Part shown: one piece after another, positions 54,770 to 60,494 of the stretch
Layout of the letters: each line of letters starts with the position of its first letter
Position numbering within the stretch: position 1 is the first letter of the stretch
Source: Candidatus Saccharimonadales bacterium
GTDB lineage: Bacteria; Patescibacteriota; Saccharimonadia; UBA4664; DATIHN01
Reading direction: 5' to 3'
DNA: 60,494 bases
Assembly: GCA_035480635.1 (NCBI GenBank)
Contig: DATIHN010000013.1
Coordinates: forward strand, 1 to 60,494
Translations under genes and position numbers: made by a program
Notes under the pieces: generated by a model
Database searches by the model: none
What the model was told of the DNA's origin: nothing
Seen by the model: the letters and a program-made list of their open reading frames with translations, nothing else

Positions 54770-55880
54770 CCTCGATGAATTTGTTGAATAGAATGGCTAG
54801 CTTGATTTGGACGGCGTCATCGAAAACCCTTGGGTCTAGGCTCAGAGCTTCTTTGATCCGATCCAAGCGATAAACCAAGGTGTTGCGGTGTATGCCTAAA
54901 GTATCGGCGGTTTTAGTTAGACTCATATCCAGACTAAAGAAAGTTTCCAAAGTTTGAATCATCTCGGTGTTTTCGCCTAGTTTATCGAGTAATTCACGGC
55001 TGAAGTAAATATTTTGTTCATCAACGCCTGAAAGCAATGGTGCCACCACGCCGAAGTCATCGATGTGATAAACCTTGTCGCGATCCCACATTTGAGTGCC
55101 CAGCTCTAAGGCATTCAGGGCCTCTTGGTAGCTGCGCCTCAACCCTTGGGTCCCAGGGTGGTAATTACCAATGCCAATTGTAGTGGTTAGCTTCATCTCG
55201 CCCTTAATGATGCCGTAGATGATATTGATCGACTTTTTAAAATGCTCCAGATGCTCTTCCAATTGCGAATCGCCATTAACCAAATCTTTTAAGACGCAAA
55301 AATTGTTTTGGCCGAGGTAGGCCACGATGTTGTCGCGGCTGGAGGTGTAGTAGGAATTAAGGGCCCGGGCGATTCCAGAGCGATAGCGGCCAATTCGAAT
55401 TTCACGATCAGTGGAGGGGATGCGCTGGCTGGCCGTGAGCGTCGGATCTTCAATTGATATAACCAGCGCAATGCGGGGCCGATCCAAATCAATTTCAAAC
55501 AACCTAGCTTCGGCTTCGATCAAGGCCGGATCATTAGCAGTATTGAGCAGGTCATAGATAAATTTATCTAGTCGTTCCTCCTGGTGGGGGATGGTTTCAA
55601 TCAAAATCGATTGGTGCATAACTAGCTCCGCAATCGAACATATCAACGGCGCGATTTCGGCATGGTTGGGCAGTTCAGCGGCTAGTACGACGTAGCCCAC
55701 AACTTTGCCGCCGTAGCGGAATTTGATGGCCCAGGGGGCTGTGCTCAAGTGCAGCGATTCATCAACACTCGGGTTGTTGCTCGACAGAACAGTACCGTCC
55801 GGATCGACCACGCTCAATGGCTGGTTAACCAGACTGGCCACCTTCAGCTGAATTTTTTCAGCAATCTGACGAGTCAGCAT
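54753..55880 (-). CDS. CdaR/PucR-family transcriptional regulator (paralog)
   Basis: MLTRQIAEKI, IGIGNYHPG..GLRRSYQEA, LTKTADTLGIHRNTLVYRL; ATG 55880 after AAGGA. Confidence 0.9.
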   Translation of the reverse strand: MLTRQIAEKIQLKVASLVNQPLSVVDPDGTVLSSNNPSVDESLHLSTAPWAIKFRYGGKVVGYVVLAAELPNHAEIAPLICSIAELVMHQSILIETIPHQEERLDKFIYDLLNTANDPALIEAEARLFEIDLDRPRIALVISIEDPTLTASQRIPSTDREIRIGRYRSGIARALNSYYTSSRDNIVAYLGQNNFCVLKDLVNGDSQLEEHLEHFKKSINIIYGIIKGEMKLTTTIGIGNYHPGTQGLRRSYQEALNALELGTQMWDRDKVYHIDDFGVVAPLLSGVDEQNIYFSRELLDKLGENTEMIQTLETFFSLDMSLTKTADTLGIHRNTLVYRLDRIKEALSLDPRVFDDAVQIKLAILFNKFIEGEYAH

Positions 55881-55994
55881 AGTTTCCTTACACCTCATTT
55901 GGAACTTCGACTAACTTAAGCCTATCTTTATGCCGCTAGCGCTGCAAGCCTGAGGGCAATGCAAAGGCCGGGATGGTGTCCATCCCGGCCTATT

Positions 55995-56846
55995 TCAATC
56001 GGTCAACAACCTGTCGATTTGCCAGTAGAGGTCGCTGGTCTCGAGTGCGACCTTCTCAGGAAGTGGGGGAGCTGGCGGCTGCTTGTTCCACCCGAGCCGT
56101 TCGTAGTGGTCGCGCACCCGCTGCTTGTCGAGCGAGACGGGCGGTTGCCCCGCCTGGTAGTCGCTGACTCGTGTATAGCGCGACGAATCGGGTGTCAGTA
56201 CCTCGTCGCAGATGGTCAACTCGCCGTCGATTAGCCCGAATTCGAACTTTGTATCGATCAGGATGATACCCCGTTCAAGGGCGTAGGCAGCACCGGCGTA
56301 GTAAACAGCCAGAGCCAGCTGCCTGGCTCTTTCGGCCAACCCGCGATCACCAAGAAGATCGATCAGCTCATCGAAGGTGATGTTGGTGTCGTGACCTTCC
56401 GTTGCCTTGGTGGATGGTGTAAAGATCGCTTCGGGAAAGTGTGACATCTCCACCAGCCCATCTGGTAAGTCCACGCCACTAATCGCACCGGTCCGCCGGT
56501 AATCCTTAAGCCCGGAGCCGGTCAAGTAGCCACGGACGATGAACTCAGCTGGCAGCATCTCGGCCCGGCGTACCAGCATGGCTCGACCAGAAAACTCATG
56601 GGCCCAACCAGGTAGCTGGTTGGGGTCCGTTGTCACAAGATGGTTTGGGGCCAGCTCAGCTACTGGTGTGTGTCTGAGCCAATGCTCTGTCAGGTGTGTT
56701 AGTACCCAACCTTTACCCCGCACTGGCCGGTCCAACACAACGTCGAAGACGCTGATGCGGTCGCTGGCCACCATGATTAGGTGGTCGGGGTCGGGTGCTC
56801 GGTAGGTGTCTCGAACTTTGCCTGTGTGGATGGGCGAAGGCATCAT
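55995..56846 (-). CDS. purC: SAICAR synthetase (long form)
   Basis: [56 protein letters not shown]. Confidence 0.96.
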   Translation of the reverse strand: MMPSPIHTGKVRDTYRAPDPDHLIMVASDRISVFDVVLDRPVRGKGWVLTHLTEHWLRHTPVAELAPNHLVTTDPNQLPGWAHEFSGRAMLVRRAEMLPAEFIVRGYLTGSGLKDYRRTGAISGVDLPDGLVEMSHFPEAIFTPSTKATEGHDTNITFDELIDLLGDRGLAERARQLALAVYYAGAAYALERGIILIDTKFEFGLIDGELTICDEVLTPDSSRYTRVSDYQAGQPPVSLDKQRVRDHYERLGWNKQPPAPPLPEKVALETSDLYWQIDRLLTD

Positions 56847-57355
56847 GCCTCACTCTTGAAACCGTGTTCGCTGCGGACCTTGATGTCCTTAGCAAGCACT
56901 GTCTCGTCCATGGCATTCTGGTAATGCTGCATTTCATCGAGTAGATCCTCATCGCCAACACCCAGAATGCGGATAGCCAGTAGCGCAGCGTTCTTGGAGT
57001 TGCCGATCGCGACAGTTGCCACCGGGATACCACCAGGCATCTGGACTATGGAGAGCAGGGAGTCGATTCCTTGCAGGTTGTCGAGCGCCCGCGGTACTCC
57101 AATGACCGGCAACGGTGTCATTGCCGCAGTCATGCCGGGCAAGTGAGCAGCCCCACCAGCCCCGGCGATGATGACCTTAAGCCCACGCTTACGTGCATCA
57201 CGGGCGTAGCCATACATGGCATCAGGCGTGCGATGGGCGGAGATCACCCGGACTTCGTGTGATACCCCGAATTCTTTAAGGATGTCGATGCCGTCTTTGA
57301 ACATGGGTAGATCGGAGTCGCTACCCATGATGATACCGACGAGCGGTTGTGACAT
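56843..57355 (-). CDS. purE: N5-CAIR mutase PurE
   Basis: [43 protein letters not shown]; ATG 57355 after AAGGTGG. Confidence 0.97.
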   Translation of the reverse strand: MSQPLVGIIMGSDSDLPMFKDGIDILKEFGVSHEVRVISAHRTPDAMYGYARDARKRGLKVIIAGAGGAAHLPGMTAAMTPLPVIGVPRALDNLQGIDSLLSIVQMPGGIPVATVAIGNSKNAALLAIRILGVGDEDLLDEMQHYQNAMDETVLAKDIKVRSEHGFKSEA

Positions 57356-57495
57356 GTACACCACCTTGCTTGTAGTCACCTCAGATGGACGGATCAATTC
57401 TGCTGGATCAAATTAGGTCTGTCAAACCTTTAGCCCTCCAACTTGAATAAGAGTGGTTATTAAGCTATAGTTTCTTGGTTGAAAAGTGGTGATGT

Positions 57496-57572
57496 GGGCT
57501 CTTAGCTCAGTTGGCTAGAGCGCTTCCTTGACGTGGAAGAGGTCACAGGTTCGAGTCCTGTAGGGCCCACCA
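57496..57572 (+). tRNA. tRNA-Val(GAC)
   Basis: GGGCTCT...CTTCC-TTGACGT-GGAAG...AGGGCCCACCA. Confidence 0.96.
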
Positions 57573-57674
57573 GCTCGTTTTGGGCTTCAGCTTGCATTCG
57601 GCATTGCCTAACTCCAGCTTGTGCCCAAAGCCTCGCTATCCGAAGTTCAAACGCTGCGCTGGTTTAAACTTCGG
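57573..57674 (+). repeat. Structured tRNA-trailer element, copy 1
   Basis: Homologous to 57785-57888; starts immediately after CCA. Confidence 0.85.
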
Positions 57675-57707
57675 TATATTCATATTAATTCGGTATGACC
57701 GCTGCGC

Positions 57708-57784
<77 letters not shown>

Positions 57785-57888
57785 ACTCGTTTTGCGCTTC
57801 AATTTGCGCTTTTTTTGTAAAAAAGCTCCAATTTACGCCCAAAGCCTCGCTTTCCGCAGCTCAAACGCTGCGCTGGTTTAAGCTGCGG
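57785..57888 (+). repeat. Structured tRNA-trailer element, copy 2
   Basis: Homologous to 57573-57674, with compensatory changes. Confidence 0.85.
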
Positions 57889-57909
57889 GTTTCGATAACA
57901 GGGTCCGGG

Positions 57910-57918
57910 TGCTATATT
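57910..57918 (+). promoter_or_regulatory. Extended -10 promoter of the thrS leader
   Basis: TGcTATATT about 15 nt before Stem I. Confidence 0.6.
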
Positions 57919-57929
57919 AGTAACAGTTG

Positions 57930-58082
57930 AATAGGACGTTGAGTCGGCCTAACCAACCGAGGAGTCCCGCTAGCTGATGGCGGACATCAGCCCAAGAGAG
58001 TCCGCCGAAGGCGGAAAGTTTGGTGGAACCATCCGGCAGCTGCCGGATCCAAACGCGCTGATTATCGGTGCGTTTGTTGTTT
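57930..58082 (+). promoter_or_regulatory. T-box riboswitch (Thr, ACC specifier) with ultrashort Stem I
   Basis: K-turn Stem I 57934-57967, pseudoknot 57968-57991, Stem III 58001-58015, antiterminator GTTTGG-TGGAACC-ATCCGG...CCGGAT-CCAAAC 58018-58054, competing terminator 58050-58082. Confidence 0.88.
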
Positions 58083-58094
58083 AAGGAGGAGTTT

Positions 58095-59924
58095 GTGGCC
58101 CAATCCAAAGACGAAAACTTGCATGCCATGCGCCATTCGCTGGCTCACATTATGGCCAGTGCCATCCAACAACTATGGCCCGAGGCCAAGTTTGGGGTGG
58201 GTCCGGTGATTGAAAATGGCTTTTATTATGACATCGACATTGCTCGCCCCATAAATCCCGACGACTTAGAGGCCATATCGGACCAAATGCATAAAATCAT
58301 CGCTCAAGACCTGCCATTTGAACGTATTGAGTTGCCAATTGCTGAAGCGATCGTTCAGTTCAAAAAAAGTCGTCAGACTTATAAGGTTAGTTTGCTAGAA
58401 GACTTAAAAAAACACGGCACCACTTTGGCCAAAGAAATTGATCGTGAACAGTTAGGAGTAGCAGCAAGTGATGCAAAAATTACAACAGTATCAATTTACA
58501 AACATGGTGACTTTGAGGATCTCTGCCGCGGTCCACACCTGAAATCAACCGGTAAGGTCGGTAAATTTAAGCTTACAAAAGTGGCCGGCGTCTATTGGCG
58601 AGGTGATGAAAAGAATCCGCAACTGCAGCGGATCTATGGGGTAGCCTTTGACAACCAAAACGAGCTAGATAAATACTTCGATATGCTGGCGGAGGCCGAA
58701 CGGCGAGATCATCGCAAGCTGGGTAAAGAGCTGGACCTATTTACCTTTTCGGATCTAGTTGGGGCTGGCCTGCCACTCTATACTCCCAGAGGTACCATTA
58801 TTATCGATCAGTTAAAACAAGCTCTAGACGATGTCAGCCGGGAGCACTCGATGCAAAAGGTGTCGATACCACATCTGGCCAAGCTCGATCTCTATAAAAT
58901 CTCTGGTCATGCCGATAAGTTCGAAGAGGAACTCTTCCGCGTCAAGAGCCATTACAATCAAGAATTTGTGCTCAAACCAGTTAACTGCCCCCATCACACT
59001 CAAATTTACGCGGCGCAACCCAGAAGCTACCGCGATTTGCCATTGCGTTACGTCGAGCAAACTATGCAGTACCGCGACGAAAAACCTGGTCAAATCGGTG
59101 GGCTTTCTCGGACTCGGGGTTTCACCGTCGACGACGGACATGTTTTTTGCATGGTTGATCAGATCAAAGATGAAGCAGCTATCATCATCCAAATCATCAA
59201 GAGTTTTTACCAGCAATTAGGTCTGTGGGGTGATCATTGGGTCTCGCTATCAGTCCGAGATGCTCTAGATCATAGCCGCTACATTGGCGAGCCGAGTGAT
59301 TGGGATCAGGCCGAAGCCACCCTGGCGGAAGTCTCAAAAACCTTCAAACTAGATGCCAAGCGGATGGAGGGTGAGGCCGCCATCTACGGACCCAAGCTGG
59401 ACTTTATGTTCAAAGACGCGCTTGGTCGCGAAACACAACTTGCTACCATCCAGCTAGACTTTGCCATGCCCAAGCGCTTCGAGCTAACCTACACCGATAG
59501 CGATGGGAGCGCCAAAACACCGGTTATGATCCATCGAGCCATTTTGGGCTCGTTCGAACGCTTCGTTATGCTCTTAATTGAGCATTACGCCGGTGCCTTT
59601 CCAATATGGCTGGCGCCTGAACAGGTTCGGCTAATCGCTTTGAATGATACTAAGGAAGTGACTGAATACGTTGAATTACTGCGGCAAGAATTGAGCCAGC
59701 TTGATGTCCGAGTCGGTACTGATCTTTCGCAAGAGTCAGTCGGCAAAAAGGTTCGTAACGCTGAACTCATGAAAGTGCCCTATAGCGTGGTGATTGGTCC
59801 GGATGAACTCAAGCGCCAACGGCTAAAGCCTAGGGCCCGCAACGGGCTGGAGGAATTTGGCAGTGGCGTCGAAGTCGATGTCTTCATTGGCCATCTCAAA
59901 GCTGCTATCGAGAATCGGAGCTAA
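58095..59924 (+). CDS. thrS: Threonine--tRNA ligase
   Basis: MRHSLAHIMA, DLCRGPH, AGVYWRGD, LKPVNCPHH, YRDE..G...GL.R.R.FT.DDGH, AAIYGPKLD, ATIQLDF, MIHRA..GS.ERF; GTG 58095 after AAGGAGG. Confidence 0.98.
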   Translation: MAQSKDENLHAMRHSLAHIMASAIQQLWPEAKFGVGPVIENGFYYDIDIARPINPDDLEAISDQMHKIIAQDLPFERIELPIAEAIVQFKKSRQTYKVSLLEDLKKHGTTLAKEIDREQLGVAASDAKITTVSIYKHGDFEDLCRGPHLKSTGKVGKFKLTKVAGVYWRGDEKNPQLQRIYGVAFDNQNELDKYFDMLAEAERRDHRKLGKELDLFTFSDLVGAGLPLYTPRGTIIIDQLKQALDDVSREHSMQKVSIPHLAKLDLYKISGHADKFEEELFRVKSHYNQEFVLKPVNCPHHTQIYAAQPRSYRDLPLRYVEQTMQYRDEKPGQIGGLSRTRGFTVDDGHVFCMVDQIKDEAAIIIQIIKSFYQQLGLWGDHWVSLSVRDALDHSRYIGEPSDWDQAEATLAEVSKTFKLDAKRMEGEAAIYGPKLDFMFKDALGRETQLATIQLDFAMPKRFELTYTDSDGSAKTPVMIHRAILGSFERFVMLLIEHYAGAFPIWLAPEQVRLIALNDTKEVTEYVELLRQELSQLDVRVGTDLSQESVGKKVRNAELMKVPYSVVIGPDELKRQRLKPRARNGLEEFGSGVEVDVFIGHLKAAIENRS

Positions 59925-59925
59925 G

Positions 59926-60494
59926 ATGGCCAGTGCTTCGGATATTCTAACCAAAGCTACAGAGGAGTACCACTTAAGCCTTAACGACGTTAAATTCTGG
60001 ACTCCGTATTGGATTAACTGGGCCAAACCGCCCTATCATCTTGATGCTCCACTGGCCGGGAAGGGTACTCCAACCGAGCTCCGAAGTGCCTTACTCGATA
60101 TTGTAGCCAAAATCGACCAGCTGCCACGGACTGGAGATGACTATCGTAGCCTGATGAAGCAGCATGGTTTGGGCGTCGACTGTTCAGCGCTAGCCTACCA
60201 CATCCTCGAACGTCTGGTTCGAGATCTAACAGATCAGGATCTAGCTGAACATTTGTTTGCGCCTAAGACTGATATCATCGAGGCCAGTCAAAAACCGTCT
60301 TGGCAGGAAGCCGGAGTAAGCCAGCAAACTTTGGCTGCATTGCCAGATCAAATCACGATTGCGGAAGTCTCGCGTTTATTTAAGCGTAAACCTCGGCACA
60401 TTACTAACGTGGCCAGGCTGACGGCTGAGGCTGCCACCAAAGCTGTTTCAGCCAGCGACATTCAGCCGGGGGACATGATTAAAATGACCAGTGC
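59926..60494 (+). CDS. Partial ORF, NlpC/P60-like (papain-fold) protein; runs off the window end
   Basis: MASASDILTK...TPYWIN...GKGTP...HGLGVDCSALAY...IQPGDMI; not in the ORF track because no stop lies in the window. Confidence 0.6.
   Translation, partial: MASASDILTKATEEYHLSLNDVKFWTPYWINWAKPPYHLDAPLAGKGTPTELRSALLDIVAKIDQLPRTGDDYRSLMKQHGLGVDCSALAYHILERLVRDLTDQDLAEHLFAPKTDIIEASQKPSWQEAGVSQQTLAALPDQITIAEVSRLFKRKPRHITNVARLTAEAATKAVSASDIQPGDMIKMTS

Noticed and set aside
57356-57490. Purine or ZTP riboswitch upstream of purE
   Set aside because: Only a TTGACA-N17-CAGAAT promoter-like signal on minus; no aptamer consensus visible.

Overview
Chromosomal window from a reduced-genome Patescibacteria (CPR) bacterium, probably Saccharimonadia-like. 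This is inferred from the pilin style, the monoderm type IV pilus locus without a secretin, the long-form Ndk and the gene order. Core content: rnj 3' end, ftsK, rodZ-like, yajQ, recA-recX, rpsF-ssb-rpsR, efp, tlyA, ychF, a ~15 kb type IV pilus locus, xerC/D, uppP, M16 peptidase, ndk, prsA, glycosyltransferases, mraY/wecA-like, rplY, nrdR, thrS and six tRNAs. Many accessory genes are interspersed, several of actinobacterial type (whiB, guaB3, purE-purC). The most interesting signals are non-coding: (1) a nearly complete T-box riboswitch before thrS with an ultrashort K-turn Stem I and the Thr specifier ACC in its terminal loop; (2) a shared TTGACA-GTTCGG-N5-GTTCGG operator/promoter at recA and at a three-gene four-helix-bundle / small protein / Y-family polymerase operon; (3) a two-gene insertion bracketed by a mosaic duplicate of the rnj 3' tail; (4) structured ~100-140 nt elements attached to tRNA 3' ends, two with compensatory base changes; (5) widespread leaderless-type promoters, including two back-to-back divergent pairs. 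All calls come from reading the sequence; no database searches were run.
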